Origin: Catajapyx aquilonaris
Lineage: Eukaryota
Direction: 5' to 3'
Length of the DNA stretch: 64,000 nucleotides
Assembly: GCA_000934665.2 (NCBI GenBank)
Contig: KZ538333.1
Location: 1-64,000, forward strand
Shown here: in pieces, positions 38,401 through 50,257 of the stretch
Position numbering within the stretch: position 1 is the first letter of the stretch
How the letters are laid out: each line of letters starts with the position of its first letter
The notes under the pieces: model-generated
Told to the model about the DNA's origin: nothing
What the model saw: the letters and a program-made list of their open reading frames with translations, nothing else
Databases searched by the model: none
Position numbers and translations under genes: made by a program

Positions 38401-41400
38401 AGCACGTTGTGTGAACCTTTAATCGCGAATGTTTACGTGAGCGCATAATTTAATTACCTAATTAACCTGTTTGTCTACAGGTTAAACCATCGTCCGTTAA
38501 GGGCCGGGGAAAGCCCCGTGTAATTGGGGGAGCCGGTTATAAATCAGCGACATTACCCCCTGCCACTACTCTGGACCTTGGTCAATGGTCACCTGCGACA
38601 GGCAGTTTGTTTTTCTTGACTTGGCCAAATGTTGTGGGAGGACTTTGTGTAATGGCACACTCCGGCATAACTACGCCCCATTCCCTAGAAATACCACCGC
38701 CTCTGCACTTTTTTTTTAAGCTTGTTTTGAGAGGCAAGGATATAGGCGCCTCTAAGAAGTGGTTAGGTTTTTTAAAGTGACGTCACTCACCCTCGTACGA
38801 CCAGTGTATGTAACGAGGTCTGAATTTTTTGGGGAGTGGGTTGGGTTGGGTTAGTTTGAAGTTGGGTTGGGTGATTGCCTTCTTCCGCTTCCCTTGGCGG
38901 CCTTCCAGAGCTGCTTCTGGCCCGCGGGAAGTGGAAGCCCCCGGAAGTGACCTCAACGACGTGACTTTTGCATAGGACCTGAGCACTGGCGAGGTGCGCC
39001 TTGCGGCATATTTTTTGGGGGGTAAAATTTTTTATGGGGAGTGCTACCTGCGAGCTGTTACGTGGCAAGTGGCTGTGGGGAAGGACGCGATTAGATAAAA
39101 GCGATTTTGACTGCTGGATTTTTAGGATGTACGATTTGTGGGCCTTTTTTGCACGATTCGGCGGCGGGGGAGGGAGGGGGGGGCGACACAGGACTGAAAT
39201 ATCAATAAATGGAGAGGCGACACTGTGGCTCCTGGTGAGGAATCTAGTTTACAAGATGTTTTCCGCATACAATAGGTTTTTAAAACTGTGGTCATATTGA
39301 TCATTATTTTCAATTTTTTTATATTAGACACGAGTTAATTTTAATTAAAGATAATTGAAACTGTTGTTTGATTATTACTGTGAGTGTAGAAGTTAAGAAT
39401 TAAGTTCACGTACAAATGTCATATTAGGTGTGAAGTAAGTACGGTCGAGCAATTTGTGGGTACACTTAATACGAGTATCTACACTTATAAACTATTCCAG
39501 TGCGGTTTGGCATTGGAACATCCTGTACGCAGTCTGCATGCAGGACTAGCACATTCCTAGTTGGGAAATGCAGTGAATGAACTTGCACGAAAGGATAGCT
39601 GGTAAATGCCTCTTTCCTGCTGCACATGACTCATGAACCACACTCACAAAAAATACGGTTTGACTCGAATTGCTTCACGTCCAAAATTGCGGCAATAGAT
39701 CCCCCCGAAAATGAGAAAAAGACCCTCCGAAGGTGATCCAGTTGGAGGCAATAATGGGTGGGATAGTAAAAAGAAGTGAGGCGGTGTCCTCCCAGCTCTT
39801 GCACTCAAGCATCAGGCCCTGCTTCTGCCAGAGCATTCACCCCGCATCGGACAGGTGATTTTCCTTCAGGCTCTTCTCATCGCAGATTACACCATGTAAT
39901 CGGCAAAAGCTCTCTACAGGTTTTCCGTTCGCCATTTCTAGTCCAAAAGAGTATACGCATGAATGGTGGGAAATCCAGCAAGTCCACGTTTATTTTTATG
40001 CCTAGGATCATGTGTATTGCATTGGCTATGTGACGTTGGCTGCTGGGAATCAGGTGGGCGAGAGAGATAAGCTGCCTGTTTCTTCACAGCTGGCGAATAT
40101 TTTAGGAGGGTTGGCGAAATTTGGGATAGAAGCCAGCAACTAGCTGTTTCCTTGCCTGTAGCGCACACACCCCCTTTAGTTTGCTTTCACTTTCTGCCTG
40201 GGCTGGTGCCTGGCCTAGAATGCACTGCACACAGTTTCGCAACAGGGCTCCTCCAAAATTAAGGAGTCGATGAACTGGATCTTCCGGATCCCATCCGCGG
40301 AACTCGTGCGGAAATTCTCTTATTGATGTGATGTGGGGGGTGGGCGATTAAATCATTTTGTATGGGAGATTATAGCGCGGGAGGGGCGTGCCGGGATTCT
40401 CATTGCAGAGTTGTGTCTTTGCGCATGGAATTATTCGGATCGGATGGCTTCAGAGGATTATTTCACGTCAGGGTGAGTCCAAAGCCTGCTGGCCATTGTG
40501 GGGGCTGAAAATGAGGCATTTATACGCTGCAGGTGCACAGGTATGGCCCCTACTGCGCCAAAAAATGGAATGGGCTCTCCCTGGATGGGATTTATCGACA
40601 GGTCAAGTGGACAACTGCATGGAGGTGTCGATAAATTGTAAATTAACGGGACTCGCGTAATTTACTGGTTATTGGAAGGAGGAAATGCCGTGATTTTTTG
40701 CCAACTACCTCCAATACTTTATGTTCGTGGAAGGCTTATATTTTTGCAGGTAAGGTACTGCTCAATGAGAGGGACCAACAGGATGGTGAATAACAACGTC
40801 CTTTGTTTCTATCGGTGGCAAACCGGTTTCTTGCATAGAAAACAGCATTTCTGACCTATCCTGCTGATCAGCAAATGCTGGCCAAGTGCCGGGTAAGAAG
40901 AAAAAAAAAAGTACTTGAAGTGAATGGAGCAGCTTTAGTTAAAATTACGGCCCTTACACCACATTTGCTCACGTAATAATGACGCTAACAGCCAGTTGAC
41001 ATTTTTGGTCCACAGAGAGGGAATGTTTTTACACATTGCAAGGGACGTTAGGGGAAACCTCATCAAAATGCATGTGACAAAAAGATTCGCTGTAATACAG
41101 TATGAGGTTACAGTGCTGCTTGTAGGATATAGGCTGCGGGCCTGCCACTCATCTCTGGGGCTCCTAGTTCGATCCAAGAATCGCCTGCGGAATTGTGCTG
41201 CGGGAAGGATTTTCCTGGGTTCACCGTCAGTGTTTGCCTTTTTGCTCTCAGAGGGTTCTTTCATTCCCCTCTCAGAGGCGAAGAATTCATCAACAACATA
41301 AATTATCTGAACCGAATGACGTGAAAGGATGGCCAATCCTGTAAATGGACTCGCAAGTGACCCGTCCTTAGGGATGCTGATTGTTGTTGTTGTTGTTGTT

Positions 41401-41809
41401 GTTGAACAGTTACTGTGTTGCTGTGCCTTGATGGGAGTTACATTATTCAACCATGGAGACGGATACGGCACCTGATCACACTAAAACGAAACCTTGTCCA
41501 TTACAATTATTTTTGTTTGGCCAACTAATAATCGCTACAATGTACAGGTTTATTTTCGCAGACTATACACCTGCTGTACGTCCCGATTGACTTACACCCT
41601 ATTGTTTCACGTGTCTATTGTGTTCCAAACCGATATCTTTCCGTATCAGGAGGTAGCTCAGCCGTGCGGATGACTCCTTGTCACATTTGCGGGCATTGTG
41701 GAATGATGGAGACTCCTATCTGGTTTTCTGGCGATTGAGGGTCTTGATTTGAGTGCGCGGCACTGCTGGATGACATGGGACCATCAGATTGTTTGGGCAT
41801 GGGGATCTG

Positions 41810-41810
<1 letters not shown>

Positions 41811-41836
<26 letters not shown>
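41811..41836 (+). repeat. (TC)13 microsatellite
   Basis: Direct read of the sequence. Confidence 0.9.
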
Positions 41837-41841
<5 letters not shown>

Positions 41842-44800
41842 GTGTGGCCAGCAGATAGATTCTCTTCTCTAAACCATGGATGTGCCAGGCGGAGGGAGAA
41901 CGACCGCTTCCTAATCGCCTCAATAAATATGTATAAGAAGAGATGTGCCTGACTGAGCGGAAAACTCTCTCCCCAGCATTTCTTAAGGCTTGTAGTATCA
42001 GGGAGGAGGGAGGAGAAAAGGACAATGATGCAGAAGATGAAGGTGACTTTTCTTGTGTCCACTACCAGACCAGCATGTAGATTTGGAGAGGTTTTCAATG
42101 CCATATAGAGAGGCATGCCGTCTGCAAAATTATGAGCGCTTGTATATTCTGCACAAATGAAACTTATGATTAGCTTCATGGGCGAGAGGGCTCTGTTTGT
42201 ATACGATGCCGAAACAGATTGCAGTGCTTTGTTATCCCCTTTTTGTGGGGCATTTTGTGACAACCCTACACTTTTCATGCACCACATCTGTATGATTCTC
42301 CGTTTGCAACAAAGAGATGCAGAAATGAAAAAAAGAGAGGGTTGTTTGAATAATACGGGAGTAATGAATTCAGTTGGAGTCGTTATTATGGCTGTTTGGA
42401 CGAATTTAATTTCTCTCTATTATTGTCGATTTCATGAACCGGAATGCTCATTTTGTGTAAACTACCCACACACCATGATTTGTTGTTCTTGAATGTATAA
42501 CTGACTTGCTGTGAAAATAGATTGTGTAGTTCCATATTCCGTGCTGCATAGTGTCATGGCAACAAACCAGTGGATAATTGCCTGCTGTAAAGGCAGCCTT
42601 TTATACACTGCATACAATACAAAATGTTGCAGATATACACATTAAATATTTTAATGATGAAATTGTGTACCGTGTGCTGGGTGTCATGCAGGCTTAGCTC
42701 GCACGCGCATTTAATCGTTTTCCTGATTAACAGTTGGCTTTATGCATTCGAAGTTAGCGGACGTTAATCAGACAGTTAATGAAGGGGGACAATGAGAGCG
42801 GGAGAGTAAGTGCTGGAAATGGCAACGGTGTGGAAACCACCAGCTTTAGCGGATCGTTAAAAGTGATCCAGGCGGCAAGTGACTCACAGAGTAATAATAT
42901 CACCCCCACCTCACCCCTGTCCCACCCCTCCCATTCCATAGTTCTATACCTTATCGGAATTCTCGACTGGCGTAGACGTAAGGAATATGCTCCGGTGTTT
43001 CTTACAGAGCCGCCGGGTTCTGGAGAAATTTTTAACCGGAATAAGAGTGTTTTCCGGGTTTAGTTGAATCGATCCAGGATTCCAGGAGCCCTTTCTGCCC
43101 CGGCCCACGTGTATATACGGAGGAGGCTGGCCATGGCAGATGATCTTTTTCTCTCGGTAACAGCTTCATTATACGCGTTAGTAAGAGAGTCTGAGGTATT
43201 AGCCACGGCCCTTAGAACCGGCTGTAATGAGCCCTTTATTATGTGGCCTGAGGGAATTCCCTCCTCAACTTCTAGCCTGCAGTGACGTCTGCTTGTAACA
43301 TACAGTGGGCTTTATTCCTGGTACGAAGTTTATGAATAATAACAGTAAGGCATGGATTAGTGGATACATTGTGGGTTGGCATATTGTGTACAATTAGGAA
43401 CTACATGCACGAATTGTGCTTCTTAGTAATCTCTACACACACAGGTACGTTACGTTAGAGGTTATCCGATTATGAGTGCACGTGATACTTTTATAGATTT
43501 TCCTCATGCTCTTGGCACGTACGGTATAACTTTTGTATATCCCCTTGGGATAATGGAGGTTTTATTCATCTGCATGGCACATTCAGAGGTTGGCGGGTAA
43601 CCTCGCATTACGGAAATATCTGCAATTCGTGGAGGCAAAAGGAGGATTAACTGGTATAAGGCTTGCGTAATGCATTACGGGGTCCGACGTTTCCCGGAAT
43701 CCATTGATTTGTGAGTCCCGCAGTGTGACCACAGGGTGTTTTGTAAGATTTATATAAGCATGCATTTTGATTGGGCTGAGAGTAGGAGTTTGTGATGCAA
43801 ATGACTTTTTTCTTCTTCAAAGCGAATGCTGAAGAGGATCTGCCTTGTTGCAAAAAGTTTTCCGCGGGATAAAAGCCGGCTGAATTGAAAATTCCGCACG
43901 CTTCTATAGTTCGAGTCGCTTTTATAAGCATCAGTACTGGTGTTAAATACTTAAAGGAAACATTCGAGTACATTGAGCAAGCATGAAAAAATTGAGGATA
44001 TATATGCAAGTTTAAATGAAAGCCAATCGAGAATCTATAGGCTTACGGCTCATTTACTGCTGAAAGCTCGAACTTTTTACCGTTTTCTAATACCGAGCAG
44101 AATGTATTATGAAACTCTATACCTAGCCGATAGTTCTGCTCTGCTCAACCTAAACTACTATACGGTACAGTATGTAAGTTAAACCCCTCGAGTTCTCTCT
44201 TTTTCGCATGAATCACCTACAACACCCCCTATTAGCAGCACGCACTGTAAGTAGCACTGTTTGGAATGGATCCCCTCCTTCCATCCTCCCTCTCCATATA
44301 TATACACCCTCCTTTCTCATTCTCTACACCCTCGTTATCCCGGACAATTCAGGTCCGATGGCTCCCTATACGGTCCATGAGCTGCGGTGTACAAATTGAA
44401 ATGGCGGTCACTGTCCGACTCCTGTGAGCCCGGAAAAAAGTTATATCCTGGAAGAGAGATTCTCCTTTCGTGTGGAAGTGACTTGCGGGTTGCTCTGAAC
44501 AGTTAGGATAAATGGCTGGCCAGTGTTTTGTGTAAGATAGTTATAGAAAGCCTGCATTTTTTACTTGGTACAATTTTTAAAAATGTACTGTTGGGAATAA
44601 CGTGTGGCAGAACTGCTGAAATTTAACTAATATCTGACAATTTACGGTGAAGGTTCTGATGACATGCAAGTTATGCGGATGGCTGGATTTTTTTTTTTTT
44701 TTCCGAACCCTTTCCAGCAGTAACTGCATCGTTCGGCTACATTCTATAAGCCTTTAAACCCTCGCCATGCACGACACGGCCATTGATTTGATCCCCCCCC

Positions 44801-47800
44801 TATCCCCATTTGTGGCTTTGATATGATTGGCTCTTTTTTGGGGGCCCGATGAAAACCATAAATTCCCGAGTTCCAGCAACTAATCAGAAGCGATCCGAGA
44901 GGCGGACTCGGTCGCCGAGATTTATCAATAGCAGCACAGATGCAGCTAACTACATAACAATGCATGAGGTGTAGGTGGAGCAGCTGTCGAGCATTCCCCG
45001 AGTGGAAACTGCGGACGAATACAAGGTTTTAATAGCGCATAAATAAAGGGTCGAATGGCGGATGACGTACCCCTGGCCTGAATCACCCACCAGTAGGTTC
45101 CGGGTTGGGGTGTGTATGTATATATATACGAAGACGTGTTGGAGAGCAATAATTATGCCATGGAAAAGAGGAGGGGACTGTTTCGCGTATACTAAGGAGG
45201 GGTTGTTGCAGCAAGGGAGGAAATTACATGATTTGCCAGGCTATAAAGTTTCTCTAGCTAGGGGAAGATTCCACGAGGGGACGACCCGACTGCTAGAGAT
45301 GGCCCTGTTGACTCAGGCTGTAAAGTCCTAATCCAGAGGTATGCCCATTGATTCCGTGACGTGGATGAGACATTGCGGTACTCAACTTTTGTATGGTGAT
45401 TACTAAGAGAAGCGGTGCGGGAATTTCTATAGAGGCGGTATCGGATTGAATTGTGCCATTCAGAGAAGTGATGGTTTAATGGGTATTGACTTTTGAGTCG
45501 GAGGGTCAAGGTTGCATATTGACATGCTACGGAGAAGGTAAAAACGATGATGAGCACAATAGGGCGAGAAATGCAATTCGGCGGGGGAATTCGCGGTTCC
45601 ATGCCTTGAAGGCGGAAGAGCCTGAATAATGGGCGTGCCATTTGCTTTATTACTTGATATCATTGGCGGTTGAATTGCAATAAACTGTAGGGTACATACA
45701 GTACTACCAGGTCCACGAAATTCTCTGCGAACTCTTACAGTGACAGCTTGTACTTCAATGTATCACTTGTTGGCGTGCAGCTGTTGAATACTGAATCATA
45801 ATGGTGGTGTTATGAATACCGAATAATCTGAACTGTTTTGAAATCAGAATTATGTCATACCTGCTACTAAGTTGTGTGTTTTTCGTTACAGAATATCTTC
45901 AGTGCAGCTATGAGCCTTCGTTGGTTCTACCTCTGTTCAACGGCATCCTAGAGAGTTGTAAGTATATAGGTTCTTGAATGAGTTAATTTTGGAATTGCGT
46001 TTGGGGTGGTTCAACTCATATTCGGTAAGCTGTGCTTGAGAGTTGGATGCCTCGGGGCTCCCGGGAATAGGGGGGTTTTCAGCACGGGTATTGGAATTAG
46101 AGGGTCGAATGGAAAAAGTCCGAACGGATCTCAATCGATAGCGGAAAATAGAGAAAGAGACGGATTCCGGAAGCCGCAATAAAGCTTCCGTGAATTGAAA
46201 TCCGTTTTTCTAGAAGAAAAGGTCAGCCTGGGTTTGTGTGGGAAATGGATTTATTGCCCAGTTCACGCCCGAGATGACTCACTTCCTATTGCCTAAGGAG
46301 GAACCTAAAAGAAAACTCTGGGCTTGTTCATATCTGCAGGCAATAAATCCTGCCAGGGATTATTGCAGTCTTCAACTGCAAGGGCCAAAGTGCGTAATAA
46401 AAGCTCTGGAAGATAGAGAGAGGCAAGGGAAAATGTTTGAAGGAATTAATTTGCGTCTGGAGAGGTCGTAAATTCCAGGGGCACGTAGCGAGTTTTATTT
46501 TCCAGGGGGGAGAAAAATCACCCAACATTCATCCTGAGGTGTAGGCAATTGCGAGAGAGGCCTAGCGCTCAGGATAACCAAAGGATTTTTTTTTTTCAAA
46601 AAAAAGCACTCCATCCTATCCCCACCCCCTCTTTTTGCGATTATCCGCGAATGAGCTAATGGCCTGACTTTTTGTCGAGTTTTGTTTTTGGCGAGCACTT
46701 AATTTGCGAGTTGTACAAAAGCGCTTTTCAGAGAAATCTTTTGAGGGCGAGCCGCGAAATGAGGAGTCGTGATAGGAACTTGGCTAATTATACCTTTTGA
46801 TGTGGAGGTCCTCAAAAAGCTCTGGTAAGCTCGAGTTCCGCTCGAGAGAACCTGGAAATAATCATAAAAAATGCGCTGTAAAGTACTGTCAATTATTAAT
46901 TCTGAATGTGCTTCTGGAGGACACTTGTATGAGTACAACATGTGAGATTTTCCCACGTACTTGAATAGCTGTGAGAATTCTTACCCAGGCCCGGTCATGC
47001 AATTGGAACCTGGTTTAAACTAGAACGCAAGATTTTTATGATAGGAGCATGGGTGACTTGGGAATATGCCAGGTGCTGGTTCGACATTCTGGTTTTTCAT
47101 TTGATTAAATCAATGTATAAATGTATAGAAATAAAAGTATGAACAAATTTGCAACTAAAAATTATTCAGAGCGACGAACAGTGCCTGTTGTTGAAGCAGA
47201 TTATTTCACTAACAGCATCCAACACCTGTAGATGAAACATGTCACCACGAATTTACTGTAGAAGTTTGTCGGTTACGAAGTGTTCTGTACTGTAGGCCTG
47301 GAGTTTGCACCCGAATGGATTTGGGCATTTCACAGCATTAGGCTGACAGATTGTAGTTGTTTGGGTTGCATTCGGCTCGTGACAACCGGGTAAGAAATTG
47401 GGCTTGGCAGAAAGCTGGCAGAAAAGAGGAACTTTGGGAAGCAAGCGATGTAGTAGAAGGAATGGATCTGCGGAGTAGCTTCCTAGCCGATGATTGGAGC
47501 CATTGATGGTCCTGTACTTCTTTATTTTTTTTTTTGTCTGTTCCGGAGACGTGATGTATACATGTCAGCAGCAGTGCTCCCCCGTGGCACGTGCCATTGA
47601 TTGACGCCCTCATCGATTCGGAAGGGCCTGGAGAGAGTCCGTGGGGTTGAGGGGAGAGAAGCGGCCGTAAAGTCCCCCCCTTCAAATACTCCTTTGCCGC
47701 GGCTTTTGGGCTCTTGTGGGAATTTTCCTATCGAGGCCTCTATATGCAGAACGTAAGTGGAAAAGTGCAGATTTGGCGCTCCCTGTGTGTGTGTATATGC

Positions 47801-50257
47801 ATAAGAGGCGAAGCCCCCCTCTTGGCAAATGACGTGACAGCAAAAATGTATGATAAGCATTTGCAAAATATGCATGCAGGTCGAGGGACACTAGGAAATG
47901 AAGCTTGAATTTTTTTTGGGGGGGAGGGGGGGGGGGGGAAAACGGTACTTTTTTTTGTAGTCGGGATGTTTTTGTCATTGCCCTTGTCAGCGTCTGTGTG
48001 ATTTAGCAAAGTAGCAAAGAGCCCGTTTCCTAAGGCTTGAGAGGGATAAATGTGCCGCTTGTCCCCGAGGATAAGTCGCGATGCACTTGCCTGGCTAATA
48101 TATTTATTTTTTTGGTGCCGGAAGGAACATTTTCCTTGTCTGGTATCGCATTTTTTTCCTCCCACCGAGCCCGTAAATCACCTTGAAGGATATTCATCCG
48201 AGGCCTTGGAATTCTCAGGGAGAGGAGAGATGGAGTCTGTTTTCAACTATCCCGCTCAGAAAACTTGATGTAATTACCAGCTCGACTTCCGGCCCATCAA
48301 ACGAAGCCACCTTTAATTATCTGACTAACGAAGCTTCATTAATATCTCGACGGTGTTAGATCGGGGCGGTTTGGAGGGGGCAGCATATATAGGGAAATTT
48401 GGACGGTGAGTTCGGTAACATTGTCTGCAACGGAACTCTTCCAAGCGTGCAATATTAAATGGAATGACTTTATTATGAGCTCCGGTTTTTAAATTTTTTA
48501 AACCGTGACCAGAACCCTGCATGATCCGCCGCTTGGATGAGACTGGCGATGGCATGTTTAAAAAAATAAAAATTGAGAGGATTCCGCAGTGCTTGTTTCG
48601 AAGAACTTGTGGGCTATATGACTATATAATTAATGTAATGCATTTTTGAACCTAAGCTTATTTTTTTAAAATAAATTAGGATTTACTACAACTAATATAT
48701 TAGTACCACCTGGGACGAAAAATCTGCATTGTGGAAGCTGAATCAGATGCAATTCCTGTGTCTGGTATATCCGAGTGACGCCTGCAAACCGTGCTTAACA
48801 AATGATCCAAAAAGCTGAGTGAAGCCTGCTTCGTTAATTAGTCACGGAGAGGAAGTTCTAATGAGTGGATTGACGTCAGATTAATTAGTGGGAGCTCCTC
48901 TCTTGCTGAAGAAGAGAATCCCTCTTCACATGAGCCAACAGAAAGATTAATAGGAGGACTAGTGGAGGGGAAGGGAGAAGATTGGCGTCCCATCTGCTTA
49001 GATGATTGTCAATATTCGGGAACCACTTGATCGCAGTCTGTCCAAGGGTGGCACTCATTTTATTACTATGGATTTTGGGGAAGTCGAAGAGGGAAGGCGT
49101 GTCACCTATATCGACGTCTTTGTCTGATGATTGCCAAGCGCCATTAATGAGTTAGAAGTCGAACGATAATTATTCAAAAGCGGCGATGTGTATTATTATG
49201 AAAATTAGGAAGATTGGCAAATGAGACTTAACAGTGCAGGGTAGCACGGTATATAGATTCGTGAGAATTGTGGGGGAAGTTTTCATATTTGTAGTGAACC
49301 TTATGGAAACCAGCCCCGTTGAATATTCGCACCGTACTTTATATCTTGCCAGAAGCACTTTATATAAATAACGCATATGGTGCTGGTTATGTGCGAATAA
49401 GAAGGCTATTTTGCGCAGCGGGTGTAATAAAGTTTACGCTCAGTGTTACTGCCTCGCTTGGTATGCAAATTTTGAAGTGAAGCATTGTTATTGAACTGGA
49501 ACCCTCCGAGGTAATGTTTCAGGAGCTTGCCTGCTTCATTATTAGATAGCGAGCTTTAATCAAGCAATTCAAGATGCAACTCTTAACTTTTTACTTCACA
49601 GCCGCACATGACGACCTCTAATGCCGCGATGCCCTCTTCTTGGACACACATTCTTGACCCTGGGGCCATATTTCACTATACACAGCACGCTGTGTAACTG
49701 TAAGTATACAATTCTCAGTATTTTGTAGTTTCCCCTGACTTATTCAGGAAAATCCGATGATCTACTCTCTGAATTGTATATACGAAGAAGAAATAATAAT
49801 TATCCGAGAATTTACTTCTGTGGAATGTTTATGATCATTGAATCCGTTATAATTTTCTCATGACTTGTCAAATGTCCGCTGCAACGTTAGCACTTTGTTG
49901 GGGATTCGCTGAATCGCTTCGAATTTGAAGATAAACGCATGGGGGGGCTGGCTTGCTTTTTCGTCCGGAATGCATGCAGCATCCTATTGGGCAGTCGAAT
50001 CACGATCGTGCAGCTGAGACTTGGCGGACGAGAACGCACGCTAAATCTCAGGGCACGTGTTTCGAAAGACTCGACAAGGATTAGCATGGGTACCGGATTT
50101 ATGAATCGGGGAGGTTTGGGTGGGGCCTGTAGGGGTTGGCCACTTGACCGGTCCGGCGCACAGGACCATTCATGTAACCGCCCTGGGTACAGCACACATA
50201 CACCACACCCTCTCTTTTTTGATTTCAGAGCTAGGGTGAGGCTGAGGGAAGAGAGTC

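Noticed and set aside
40935..42287. Minus-strand ORFs of 114-178 aa in the PTPN4 intron (possible nested gene)
   Set aside because: They span microsatellites and show no domain similarity or coherent exon chain.
42651..42730. C/D-box snoRNA candidate (ATGATGA 42654, CTGA 42723)
   Set aside because: Poor terminal stem, no clear C'/D' boxes and no rRNA/snRNA complementarity that I could recognise; snoscan would be decisive.
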